From an uncultured Subdoligranulum sp. (GTDB lineage: Bacteria; Bacillota; Clostridia; Christensenellales; CAG-314), in contig CABUZX010000002.1 in the NCBI GenBank assembly GCA_902496185.1, forward strand, positions 40,769 through 104,768: a DNA stretch of 64,000 bases. The letters are read 5' to 3'. The notes beneath the pieces are model-generated. The model worked only from the letters and a program-made list of their open reading frames with translations, had not been told where the DNA came from and did not search any database. Position 1 is the first letter of the stretch. The number at the start of each line of letters is the position of its first letter. This document shows positions 30,001 through 38,032 of this stretch, piece by piece. Made by a program: the position numbers and the translations under genes.

Positions 30001-31641
30001 ATTGCACACGTAGAATTTTTGGCAGATCCTCAAGTAGGTACGATTTTGGCTGATGGTTCCTTCTTGAATGATCGTCGTCAAGTAAAGAATTTGAACTATG
30101 ACGCCAACAATGTAGAATCAGGCCCAGAATATTTTGTTGAAGATCTCCAATACAACGTAAGTATAAACGAACTTGGTATATACGTAATCAGTGGTATAGT
30201 ACCCAGCTTGCAAGATGATATGAATCAAGATACAAAGCAATATCAATTCAATATCAGATTCAACGCTGATTATGCAAGTTTGTTTGCAACTGCTGAGCCA
30301 AATACTGTTATCCTCAAATACGTAGCTCCTGACGGAACAGTTTATGCTTCTTACACCAAGGCTCAACTCTTTGCAAAGGATATTTCAATTTACTTCACTG
30401 GCGATGCTTTGACAGAAGGTATTATGAAGTGTCAAATTATGACGCCAGACGGAACAAACGTTTGGATGGAATATCAAATTATGGTAGCAGATGATACCGT
30501 TTGCCCATACTTTGAACATGAAAGAGCTGCTGACTACTGGAACGACGGTTATGGCAAACACTACGTAAACGTTCGTACGGGTAAGTTCTACAGTGATTAT
30601 GCATGCACGGATATCAATGAACTTGATTGGGAAGAAGATCTCAGAACCGACAAGTTGATTTATGACCAAATGGAAGCAGGTGTTTACGTGGTAGATTCCA
30701 CTTCTGCAAATGGTTACAGATTTGGTACGCACGATCAAATTGAATACACCATTGACGTTACTGACAATACGGGTATTGTATCAGGCAATATTGGTTGCTA
30801 CAATGACAAGAGCAATGACGCTTTCAAAGGTATTAACGCTTTTGTAGTAAAGATTAAGGGTAGCTTCTATCAATATTATCATTCCTTAACGCAAAACCGT
30901 ACAGGAACATGCGTTGTTGCGATACTTACTGCTACTGATGATGAAGGTACTGTAATTGAAACGCTTTCATTCACAAGAGATCAAATGAACGATCCGACAA
31001 ATATTGTTAAATTTGATACCGATGGCACTATCCTCGTTACCTATAAGGCAATTCCGGGCGCAACAATTAATATTGCTCTCTTGGATCCGATGGCAAGCTT
31101 GACCGGTAATAATCCTGCAGACTTTACGTTGTCATACAATATTGCTGTTGCTGATGACGTACATTGGACACATAATTCTAAATACAACATTATAAGATCT
31201 GCTACGTATTGGACAGAAGGTTTGCGTGAAGCTGTATGTATGGACTGTGGCGTTGCTACAAACCTTACAAAGGAAGAAGCTACAATTGCAAAATTGATAC
31301 CCACAGTACAAGGTGATGGATGTACGGTTGCTTACAATAGTTCAAGCGCAAAATACGAAGTTTTTGCAGATCTTGCAACCTCAACAACGATTAAGATTAA
31401 AGTTGTAGGAACGTTCCTTAGCTTCTATGCAAACTTTGCTGATGGTGATACTGTGGCAACGGTTAAAGATAGCTCTGGTAACGTAATTAAGACCATTACA
31501 AAGGCTGATTTGTTGGCTGACGGATTTGAAATTGAACTTACTAACGTAACGGCTGGTATGACCTTTACGGTAGAATTGGTAAATCCTGATGACGCAAATG
31601 CTCCTGCAGAATATGCTTTTGTTGTAAAACAAAACGCATAA
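24037..31641 (+). CDS. giant (2,534 aa) cell-surface lipoprotein with His/Cys3 mini-repeats and larger C-terminal repeat modules
   Basis: AAGGAGG RBS and a lipoprotein signal (LALAGC). One uninterrupted ORF with about 22 units of H-x(8-15)-C-x(5-8)-YY-x-C-x2-C, then about 6-7 Cys-poor modules. A strong terminator follows. Confidence 0.85.
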   Translation: MKGRKLTLILVMLLVVVCTLALAGCHEHTFDEKVWNHDNAGHWHDATCKHTGEKIDYAAHTLFKVDAKEPTCTTEGNNQYYYCGTCNAAFKDEAMTKPTYDYAEVIPVKAHVYNQKVTNASTLVSAATCTSKAVYYFSCECGAIGTETFESGEFASHSLQLIPAVEATCEHAGNNAYYTCTVCNQFFKDEAATKYTSPESEVLPITAHTPVYHAGVPATCTKEGKSEYWTCSVCEKMYEDAYCNSEITSVRTIPTVAHNYIENPADKYKATEATCLVVATYYTSCSECGLQGSDTFSFGGFGAHVLSEIAEKAPTCMAAGNQKYYTCTVCSKYYSDVNATVETTPEEMVIAIVGHSYTAEIPDADKIATPATCVKQATYYKSCIYCGMIDQNVSGVFSHGPLAAHTPGATHALTLPSCATWTNGNIEYYVCAVDNCGKIFYFDTETREIVDKYVTQFVYDELTGELIKTPVPAKIDTNGDNILDDQDAVNPEYGKTLTLDNVTLFAKHQYQEVVDASCLVSMATCKDYAVYYKSCAVCGINSSAENSNFDEAEFGSKTFMTGTRLPHTYEADVNGDPILTPAKVATCTEDGNVAYYFCTVCNNYVDESGKILGESIDSTIVSASGAHEFKLRVADKYIYKPATCYSYAMYCFSCIYCDAINNPDDISYDPQYAPQEVGSLLPHDFDKDEQGNPVLTPAVAATCDENGSIAYYYCKECGKFIDESGVAHDDPIVAKLGHDFTVKSNKYPTDQVATCVQEAAYYYECANCGQSSEKYNGLYYTDGGLAPHVFGDLVAAVPATCENPGTIAHYYCEVCKNYYNENQAIVGMDPADLITQALGHVFTVKNKDVKHLKEGTKTTCVELAQYYYECVRYNECGCNSGYRDKDTTLVYTPDEFAPHAFGDLITAVPATCETSGTIAHYICSVCLQYFNENQAYVGTKLSDVEVPALGHVFTVKGAFYPVAGYSDSTCEIYARSYYECVRYKDCGCTSQSGDGAWYDYDKIELKPHSFSALIIGTPADCDATGIYDHYTCATCSNYFNSNYMKIDSIVIPELGHDFTDDTKRDAEHLKASATCDFAETYYYHCSRCDANAKDVDPTKFYEVGEKLPHAVGAWIAAIPADCITDGAKAHYLCSACNKYIDADKTTIIGEKYEDIVIKAIGHDFTAHEVATAFLKDEATCGSKAVYYVSCKNCREIDKTQTFESGELLTTHTGPIKFVPAVDEFSVPSFPATCNYAHYVCECCGAKFADAEGKTPFTQNNGDPYYQLDRPTMAMGTMVGGKFDMNVTTTLTQATSDSYTINGLVPYIHDDNWGVEGLNDGNRVAIQFAAKLLKYASGQTGVIARISSTNGYFKEYTAADLQAGSTANNIEAGSFLAMFNVGKNSTVTLQILMGENTWTNYVFKLATEVTLVEFVEETQPTYWWDGNYDYFQYTVIEQGVANTYRFKDGYCKEEIVDFSAYVIPKLPVEVQLGSVVDGAFVVAGQDSTATLTESLAAPNSYILDGAILTNANGAAKFAIKLNANFATYFEHNADNEVVLMIGRFSNQSIVELRLPEFKFAEDGTLVWEFDVIAGETYGIALRDYERTDNWLYYYFEIDSDVVTPTKVEAIEASYWTEGRKEHYTLTDAMGIVTYYEDVYCTKQTTKEEVISAQFEIELSTESGMTYALERAQLGSYALKGVVLYNLETENHYFTVRFATKFIEEYTKANYDATKVIIKIKSGNNEISYTLQDVLNMIESFYVQDETTGEMVLSEAPYILFEGNAALMNAQFTFSFVNPANADDWMTYELSMDQNLYCPILMPTIAPTYFTVGTKEHYKCLRTNKMFADETCTTEYLESELVIAKLMPEVEAGSYDFEKNEFTVGGVYYVVKLNSNKVYVVNGTVIKSTPRPGTTDEYKFVLRFNDNFAKWYEDLDDNEIVLKVKLAPNATENHNDPDYAGYNIFTKASAFEADGSIVFISDSFRTDLIEICLWNTKSNDWEVYNVQLENIAHVEFLADPQVGTILADGSFLNDRRQVKNLNYDANNVESGPEYFVEDLQYNVSINELGIYVISGIVPSLQDDMNQDTKQYQFNIRFNADYASLFATAEPNTVILKYVAPDGTVYASYTKAQLFAKDISIYFTGDALTEGIMKCQIMTPDGTNVWMEYQIMVADDTVCPYFEHERAADYWNDGYGKHYVNVRTGKFYSDYACTDINELDWEEDLRTDKLIYDQMEAGVYVVDSTSANGYRFGTHDQIEYTIDVTDNTGIVSGNIGCYNDKSNDAFKGINAFVVKIKGSFYQYYHSLTQNRTGTCVVAILTATDDEGTVIETLSFTRDQMNDPTNIVKFDTDGTILVTYKAIPGATINIALLDPMASLTGNNPADFTLSYNIAVADDVHWTHNSKYNIIRSATYWTEGLREAVCMDCGVATNLTKEEATIAKLIPTVQGDGCTVAYNSSSAKYEVFADLATSTTIKIKVVGTFLSFYANFADGDTVATVKDSSGNVIKTITKADLLADGFEIELTNVTAGMTFTVELVNPDDANAPAEYAFVVKQNA

Positions 31642-31675
31642 AAACAACTAAATATTATCACGCAAGTGATTTTTC

Positions 31676-31707
31676 AAAAACATCTCTCCATTGGAGAGAT
31701 GTTTTTG
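31676..31707 (+). terminator. intrinsic terminator
   Basis: CATCTCTCCattGGAGAGATG followed by TTTTT. Confidence 0.7.
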
Positions 31708-31906
31708 ATTGTATGCAAAATAGTGATGAGCGGTGTTTTATAAAAAAGTCAACTGATAGTCGAAACTGAATCGTTGAAAAAAGTAAGTCTTGCCGTAAGG
31801 CGCATAGTTGCGGGTGGATTGTCGCAGTTTAATCATAAAAAAACGAAAGCAACTAAAAAATTAATAATACGTTTTTAAATTAAATTGTTTGGCATACATT
31901 TATTGT

Positions 31907-32608
31907 ATGAAACTAAAAAAGGAAAATAAAAAGCTTTCGATAATATTATTTTTTGTTATATCAGAGTGCATATTGTTATGTTGTTTTGTGGTTGCGCCAT
32001 TTACTTTTATTAAGCGAGTAGACGAGCCTACGGAAAGTTTTGTTATTGTTGTTGACGCGGGGCACGGTGGTATAGACGGCGGTGTGACGGGGGTAGTGAC
32101 AAAGGTTAAGGAAAGTGACCTAAACTTGCTAACTTCTAAAGAGTTAAAAAAGCAGTTGGAGTCTCGCGGAGCTTTTGTAGTAATGACACGTAAGGATAAA
32201 AACGGTTTATACGGAAATCCTGCGTCGGGGTTTAAGCTGCGCGATATGAAAAAGCGTCGTGAAATAATCCAAGAGAGCAATCCAGACCTTGTTGTTTCTA
32301 TCCATATGAACAAATTTTCCGACTCGGGTAGAAGTGGTCCGCAAGTATTTTTTCAATCCGGGGACGAAAAAAGTAAACAATTTGCCCAAAGCGTACAGCA
32401 AACGCTAAACCAGTTTACTGATAATGCTCATCAAGCTTTGCGGGGGGATTTTTATATATGTCAATGCGCTGACGTGCCGAGCATAATAGTAGAGTGCGGG
32501 TTTTTGTCAAATCCAACGGAGGAGGCTTTGCTGTGCGACTCAAAGTATCGCGCAAAACTTTGCGACGCCATATTAAAGGGGATATTTCTTTATTTGTACA
32601 GCGTTTAA
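31907..32608 (+). CDS. cwlD: N-acetylmuramoyl-L-alanine amidase (Amidase_3; CwlD-like)
   Basis: N-terminal TM, then VVDAGHGGIDGG, SIHMN and ECGFLSN motifs. Size (about 233 aa) and architecture fit CwlD. Confidence 0.7.
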   Translation: MKLKKENKKLSIILFFVISECILLCCFVVAPFTFIKRVDEPTESFVIVVDAGHGGIDGGVTGVVTKVKESDLNLLTSKELKKQLESRGAFVVMTRKDKNGLYGNPASGFKLRDMKKRREIIQESNPDLVVSIHMNKFSDSGRSGPQVFFQSGDEKSKQFAQSVQQTLNQFTDNAHQALRGDFYICQCADVPSIIVECGFLSNPTEEALLCDSKYRAKLCDAILKGIFLYLYSV

Positions 32609-32805
32609 CGTATCAACGTATTTGCAATCCTTGATATATTGCCGTTTTTGGCTTACTTATTAAAGAAAAAACAGTTGTATATATGCGCATATATTGTGTT
32701 GATGCGTATTTAAGCCATATATTGGCGTTGATTGCAGTGAGGAAAACTTACCAAAAGCGGTGTTTTTTGTCAAAAAATCCAATATTTTTCAATTATATTT
32801 TTTTT

Positions 32806-32816
32806 GGGGGGGGGGG
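32806..32816. repeat. homopolymeric G11 tract
   Basis: Directly visible (ttttttGGGGGGGGGGGcgac). It lies in the -35 region/spacer of a possible extended -10 promoter (TGTATAAT at 32828-32835). Confidence 0.95.
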
Positions 32817-32840
32817 CGACAAGGTTTTGTATAATAAGTA

Positions 32841-32869
32841 TTGACAAGGTTGGTAGTGTTTGTTATAAT
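32841..32869 (+). promoter_or_regulatory. consensus sigma-70 promoter (TTGACA-17-TATAAT)
   Basis: Perfect hexamers with a 17-nt spacer, upstream of the 32919 CDS. Confidence 0.55.
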
Positions 32870-32918
32870 AAATAAACAATTACAAAAACTAACTTAAAGG
32901 TAAATACATACTGCATTG

Positions 32919-33716
32919 ATGAACAGAAACACTAACATTATTTTTTCTTTAATAACCGCATGCCTATGTCTTGGCGCGGTAGTAGTACTTGTTATAGTCA
33001 AAAACTATACTATAGCCCTTGCTTTACTTGCGCTCGCTATACTCTTTTTTAGTATATTTGACCACAACGTTGCTAAAAAGCGTCTGTATGTTAATCCATT
33101 TAATCTTTTGCCATTAAAGCCGACTGCAGGTGAAGGAATAAAGCAACGCTTACGCAAAAACCTTGCAACTAACGGTTTTTTGTTGGAAGATGGTTTTTAC
33201 GTCAATACAAAAGGTAAATATTACGACGTGTATTTTTCTACCTATACTAAAGATAACTTAAAAGAAAAACTTGCATATCTATGCAAAAAACTTAACAAGG
33301 ACGGGGAATATCTCCTTTCTGTTGCGGAAAATAGCGGATATACCAACTCTTTGATAAACGTAGACGTCTTGCGCGAAAATCTTCTTAGCGGAGCGCGCCG
33401 TTACGACAACCAATCGCTTTTTACGTACAAAAAACGTAATTACGTTATATTGCTTGGTATAGATGACGTTACCGAGGCAAAGCCAATGTTTACCTTTTGG
33501 ATGTTGCCCTTTAATAGCGCTACTTCGGTTGACCAACTCGCCTTTATTGACTTGTCTGCAAAAGAGGGCATAGCCCGTCTTGACACGGTAGGCAACACAA
33601 TTGGCAAAAACCCTGCGTTGCGTACGGAAGTCCGCAAAATCTTTAAAAACGTAATAGATTTTGACTGTACTTTTGACAACAAAACCCTTTCGCGCCTTGA
33701 AAAATTTATTAATTGA
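32919..33716 (+). CDS. hypothetical membrane-anchored protein
   Basis: 265 aa, two N-terminal TM helices and a soluble C-terminal domain. No motif recognised. Confidence 0.55.
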   Translation: MNRNTNIIFSLITACLCLGAVVVLVIVKNYTIALALLALAILFFSIFDHNVAKKRLYVNPFNLLPLKPTAGEGIKQRLRKNLATNGFLLEDGFYVNTKGKYYDVYFSTYTKDNLKEKLAYLCKKLNKDGEYLLSVAENSGYTNSLINVDVLRENLLSGARRYDNQSLFTYKKRNYVILLGIDDVTEAKPMFTFWMLPFNSATSVDQLAFIDLSAKEGIARLDTVGNTIGKNPALRTEVRKIFKNVIDFDCTFDNKTLSRLEKFIN

Positions 33717-33895
33717 CGCAAAATAAATAGTTGGCGTTGCTATTTGTCAAAAAGGGCGAAAAAATAGCAAAATTTCGACAAAAATGCAAAAAAATATAGA
33801 AAATTACTTGACTGCAAAAAAAATACTATGTATAATATAGCTAATTAAGACATTGTAGTTTTAGTCTCAAAATTATTGTTTTAGAGGTGATAGAT

Positions 33896-34078
33896 ATGAA
33901 TGGTATGACCAAGACTGTTAAATGCATCAAATGCGACGCTGATATTGAAATGAAGGCATTTCGTCTTTGCAAAGCAACTTACGTTTTTGGTAAGGGCTAC
34001 GTTTGTGATGAATGCGCTAAAAAAGCAAAGGAAGAGGGCGCTACACAAGAGCAACCTGCTGAACAAACAGAAGAATAA
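33896..34078 (+). CDS. small zinc-ribbon-like protein with acidic tail
   Basis: 60 aa with CIKC...CDEC pairs. ATG at 33896 behind GAGGTGA. Confidence 0.5.
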   Translation: MNGMTKTVKCIKCDADIEMKAFRLCKATYVFGKGYVCDECAKKAKEEGATQEQPAEQTEE

Positions 34079-34217
34079 TTTTGCCGTACAAAAAGCTATA
34101 TTGTCTTGCGCAATGCAATAGGATAGGCATTGTGCAAAAGTTGTGCGTGTTTAATATTTATAAACAAAGTCAAACGCGTACGATATTTTAAAAAATAGTA
34201 AAATCATTAAAACCGAC

Positions 34218-34226
34218 GGGGGGGGG
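34218..34226. repeat. homopolymeric G9 tract
   Basis: Directly visible. It sits in the loop of a hairpin, AAAACCGAC[G9 taaaagatatctcct]TGTCGGTTTTTT. Confidence 0.95.
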
Positions 34227-34507
34227 TAAAAGATATCTCCTTGTCGGTTTTTTGTCGTATACGACAAAAAAACCGATTGTTCATCACCGCAGACGGTGGG
34301 CAATCGGAAAAATGCAAAAGCCGAAAAAAACGCATAAAAAACGGTTTTGAAATTTATTTTTACTCCTCAAAACCGTTTAAAAACTTTTTTATTATTTATT
34401 TCGTTTTTCTTATTTTTTTTGCAATTTTTCTTTAATTTCAGCGTTAATTTCGGCTTTTGCGCTTTTTTAAATGCGCCAAAATTAAAGCGTATTTAAACTC
34501 CCTTTTG

Positions 34508-34933
34508 TTACTTAATAATCTTCATTAAGTTTTCCGTGCTTGCAATATAAAGGGTGCTACCGCTCAATTTTGCAATAGAATTGCCATTGAGATTTGTGTC
34601 AATATACTCTTTGGCTTGCTTTGCTTGATCCTTGTCCTCAAATATCGCGACGATTACAAATCTTTTGAGATTGTACTTGTCGTGTCCGACGAGCGCGCTT
34701 GTGATGGCTCTTGACTCGTAGTCCGGTATTTGAGAAGAAAAGATAGAGTCCATATTCATGGACAGAGCCGAATTGTCCTTTACGTCCGTCAAAACAACGG
34801 TGATAAAGTCAGGTTCTTTGGTAGTGAGCTTTTCGTTGATTTTTTGCAAATCGACGGAAGCGCAACCTGCAAACACGCAAGTGATAGCAACGACGAGACA
34901 AACAAAAGCGGAGAGTTTAATAAGGTTTTTCAT
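34508..34933 (-). CDS. hypothetical lipoprotein
   Basis: MKNLIKLSAFVCLVVAITCVFAGC lipobox. ATG at 34933 behind AGGAGGT. Confidence 0.65.
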   Translation of the reverse strand: MKNLIKLSAFVCLVVAITCVFAGCASVDLQKINEKLTTKEPDFITVVLTDVKDNSALSMNMDSIFSSQIPDYESRAITSALVGHDKYNLKRFVIVAIFEDKDQAKQAKEYIDTNLNGNSIAKLSGSTLYIASTENLMKIIK

Positions 34934-35006
34934 AATGATACCTCCTATTTTTGAAAAATTATACCATAGAGTATAGCTAAAAGTCAAGATTATTTATAAA
35001 TTAACA

Positions 35007-35143
35007 GAGATTCTTCGTAAGTCCGTCAGGTGGGAGTGTCTCAGAATGACGGTGCTGGGTAGAGATTCTTCGTAAGTCCGTCAGGTGGGCGCGTCTCAGA
35101 ATGACAAGTGGTTGTCCGTCAGGTGGGTGCGTCTCAGAATGAC
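35007..35143. repeat. hairpin-repeat cluster A (2 full 44-nt units + 1 partial)
   Basis: Units GAGATTCTTCG-N22-CTCAGAATGAC at 35007-35050 and 35062-35105, with a partial unit at 35114-35143. Confidence 0.85.
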
Positions 35144-35454
35144 ATTTTTAAACCAGATAAGAACTCCCAAAAAAACACCCCAAAATTTTGCCTGATTTGC
35201 GCTTTGGCGATAATTATTGCCAAACTAACACAATTAAATCCGAGAAAAAACGCACAAATTGAAAAAAAACGCAAGTTTTTGCAAAATTCAGCCAAAAATA
35301 AATAAAAATTGCTTGACTAAAAAAAAATTAAAGTAGTATAATAATTAATGATAAAAGTAGGCTAAAGTGTAGTACTATGACTATGTGTTTGAGCTAACCG
35401 CAACAAAGCTTTTTGTTGCAAACTTGTGGCTTTAGTGTCACCGAGGAATAACAA

Positions 35455-35925
35455 ATGCTATATATTATATTGATATCGTTAGCAAGCATTGCAATCGTGC
35501 ATATCTTATCCAAAAAAAATATGCGCGTCGCTTTGATTGCGTACTCACTTGCTTACGTTACCTTGATAGTGTGGTCGGCATTGTTGATAGGCGTGTCAAT
35601 CTATACCGACGCAATGACGCGTTATGACGTAATGGGTATAGGAGAGGCGTTTACAACTTCCTTTATTGACGCCGTCAATACCTTGTCAATGCTTTCGGGC
35701 AACACGCTTGTCATTTTGGCTGGCGCGGAAATAGCCTTTGCAATAGTAGTAATTTGCTGGCTATTTTTGTGCGGACGAGAAATTCACCTTGCCATACTCG
35801 ACTACGTTCGCAATCGCGCCAAAACTCAAATAAAAAATTCCGACAAATTAGTCGTATATATCCCCACAACGCAAGAAGGTCCACGTGACAAAATTTACTT
35901 GCGGTTGTGTAGATTACATAATTGA
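35455..35925 (+). CDS. hypothetical membrane protein
   Basis: 156 aa with 4 hydrophobic helices. Its TGA stop overlaps the first repeat unit of cluster B. Confidence 0.5.
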   Translation: MLYIILISLASIAIVHILSKKNMRVALIAYSLAYVTLIVWSALLIGVSIYTDAMTRYDVMGIGEAFTTSFIDAVNTLSMLSGNTLVILAGAEIAFAIVVICWLFLCGREIHLAILDYVRNRAKTQIKNSDKLVVYIPTTQEGPRDKIYLRLCRLHN

Positions 35926-36006
35926 GATACTTGGCTTACGCTCAGTATGACATTACAACGTAGTCATTCTGAGAGTTACTCCAAAGATGAGCTGACGAAG
36001 AATCTC
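35924..36006. repeat. hairpin-repeat cluster B (1 short + 1 long unit, inverted)
   Basis: A 28-nt unit at 35924-35951 (GAGATACTTGG...CTCAGTATGAC) and a 44-nt unit at 35963-36006 in the opposite orientation. Confidence 0.85.
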
Positions 36007-36218
36007 TACCCAAAATCAAAAAGTACGTTTCTGCAAAACTCCTTTTGCTCCGCGCCAACAAGCCCAATTGCCCAACCCCTACGGACAACCTGCGCGCTTT
36101 TGCCCGCTATGCAAAATCCGTTTTGAAAGAAACATCACTTGATAAAAAAATCGTCCCCCAACAACGGGCGTTTAAATAAAAACAAAAAAAACAAATACAT
36201 AAAAAGGAGAAAAAAACT

Positions 36219-37910
36219 ATGTACAGAAACAGAAAAGGTTTTACTATTGTAGAATTGGTAATAGTCATTGCTGTTATTGCCATTCTTGCAGCAGTACTAA
36301 TCCCAACTTTTTCATCACTTACGCAAAGAGCCAATCTCAACAGCGATATGCAAGCTGTTAGACAAATGAATATGGCTTTGCAAAATGATGAAGCTCTCAA
36401 CGGCAAATGCACAAACGTTGAGCAAGCAATGCAAGTTATTGCAAATGCAGGTTATGACGTTGACAGACAATGGACTTGCTTGACGGACGGTTACGTTGTT
36501 TATTGGTACAAAACCGACAACAGATGCGTTTTGGTTAACAAATCTACGATGGCTGTCGAATATCCAAAAGAATATACTTCTGCAGACTTAATTGCAGACG
36601 CAGGCAACTTTGAAGTTTACAACCAAACTTACAAAAATGCACTCAGTCAAGACTTGACGCTTAGCTCTGGTGCAACTAGTTCTACTGGTGTAAACCTCAG
36701 CAGTGGTAGTGCTAATGACCAAACTGTTAGCCTTGGTAGCTCAAGTGTAACCATCAGCAAAAACGTTCTCGGTGCTTTGAGTAGCATGAACCTTGGCAAC
36801 AGCAACATTTATGGTTACAAATCACAAGAAAATTCTGGTGCAAAGTTGGAAAGTATGGCAGTTGGTAACCTCACTTCTGACGGCACAATCACCCCCAACG
36901 TTTACTACATCAGCACGACCACTTCTGCAAATGCAACAGCAGAAGAAAAGTTGGAAGCTCAAAAAACAGCAGGTAGCTACGTTTATTCTATCTTTGTTCA
37001 AATGAACAGTGGTTCTGTTGATAGCGATGCAAATATCGTTCTTGCTCCTGGTACGGAAATCAATATCAGCGATAGAGAATGGCAACCCGTCAAACTCTTC
37101 AAAGGTTACTTTGGTACAACCAATGCAAGTGAACCTGTTGTTATTAACGGTCTTAATCTTGACGCTATCAGCTATCTCCAAACCTATACCTTTACAGGTT
37201 CTGGTTCCACCTATTACCTCAGCGGTTTCTTTGGTGGCGTAACGAGTGACGCTGGCGAAGAGACAGTTATCGAAAACGTAGTTTTCAAAAATATCCACAT
37301 TGAAACTCCTGCAAGCGACTACAGTGCAGCTGCTCCAGATAAGAGCGACTCCAACTGTACTGCAATTATCGGCGGTATCATTGCTACAGCAGCTAACGAC
37401 GTTGTTGACGTAACTTTGAGAAATATCAAGGCTGAAAATTCTTCCGTACACGGTGTTGCTCGTGTTGGCGGTTTGGTAGCTTATATAGGTGGTTACATTG
37501 CTGGTTCTAACTATGGTCTTTCCGGCAATATCACTATCGAAGGTTGCGATATCAATATGGACGTTTCTACGGACAAAGTAACAGGTTATGGTACTTGCGG
37601 TGGTATAGTTGGCTTTATCAACAAAACTTATGATGGTACTGGCTTGAATATCAATATCACCAATACAAAGTTCACGGGAACTCTTAAGGGTGTTTATTGT
37701 GGCGGTATCGTTGCTAACTACAGCCCGACAAATACAGCAACTCAATTCCAAAACGTAGCATTGAATATTTCTGGTTGCACGGTAAATGCAACTGGCACAA
37801 TCAACGCTGGTGCGGTTGCTGATGCTGTTTACAATCCTATTGTTGGTAAATGCATTAAACTCACAGAAAAAATCACTTATACCCACAGCAACAATTCACT
37901 TGAAGCATAA
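36219..37910 (+). CDS. large modular type IV pilin-like protein (prepilin N-terminus + GLUG-like beta-helix module)
   Basis: MYRNRKG|FTIVELVIVIAVIAILAAVLIPTF is a class III signal peptide with Glu at +5. The C-terminal third has repeated GG[IL][VI][AG] motifs (GGIIAT, GGLVAYIGG, CGGIVGF, CGGIVANY) spaced as in GLUG/beta-helix repeats. Confidence 0.75.
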   Translation: MYRNRKGFTIVELVIVIAVIAILAAVLIPTFSSLTQRANLNSDMQAVRQMNMALQNDEALNGKCTNVEQAMQVIANAGYDVDRQWTCLTDGYVVYWYKTDNRCVLVNKSTMAVEYPKEYTSADLIADAGNFEVYNQTYKNALSQDLTLSSGATSSTGVNLSSGSANDQTVSLGSSSVTISKNVLGALSSMNLGNSNIYGYKSQENSGAKLESMAVGNLTSDGTITPNVYYISTTTSANATAEEKLEAQKTAGSYVYSIFVQMNSGSVDSDANIVLAPGTEINISDREWQPVKLFKGYFGTTNASEPVVINGLNLDAISYLQTYTFTGSGSTYYLSGFFGGVTSDAGEETVIENVVFKNIHIETPASDYSAAAPDKSDSNCTAIIGGIIATAANDVVDVTLRNIKAENSSVHGVARVGGLVAYIGGYIAGSNYGLSGNITIEGCDINMDVSTDKVTGYGTCGGIVGFINKTYDGTGLNINITNTKFTGTLKGVYCGGIVANYSPTNTATQFQNVALNISGCTVNATGTINAGAVADAVYNPIVGKCIKLTEKITYTHSNNSLEA

Positions 37911-37946
37911 TTTAGAAGTAGATTTTTTAATTAAAACTTAATAAGT

Positions 37947-37990
37947 AGGGGAGTAAGGGCGCAATGCGTCCACTCCCCTTTTTGCTTTTT
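37947..37990 (+). terminator. intrinsic terminator
   Basis: AGGGGAGTaaGGGCGCaatGCGTCCACTCCCCT followed by a T-run. Confidence 0.7.
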
Positions 37991-38032
37991 TTGAGTCAAA
38001 AAGTAGGGGTCAAAAAAGGCAAATAAAAAATT

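Noticed and set aside
34241-34435. 64-aa ORF in the convergent intergenic gap
   Set aside because: It has a TTG/GTG-type start without an RBS, and the sequence is dominated by hairpins and A/T runs. The translation is low-complexity.
35108-35305. 65-aa ORF overlapping repeat cluster A
   Set aside because: It starts inside a repeat unit, has no RBS and has a low-complexity lysine-rich C-terminus. The same reasoning applies to ORFs 48348-48536 (-), 48497-48700 (+) and 48577-48888 (-), which are translations of repeat clusters D and E.
36822-37886. 354-aa minus-strand ORF antisense to the modular pilin gene
   Set aside because: It is a shadow ORF of a strongly supported + strand gene (RBS, prepilin motif, terminator). 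It has no RBS and an odd composition. The same applies to the antisense ORFs inside the giant gene (e.g. 24019-24549, 26389-27123, 27157-28050), pilB (44748-45446), nrdD (61189-61935), recF, hutU and prs.
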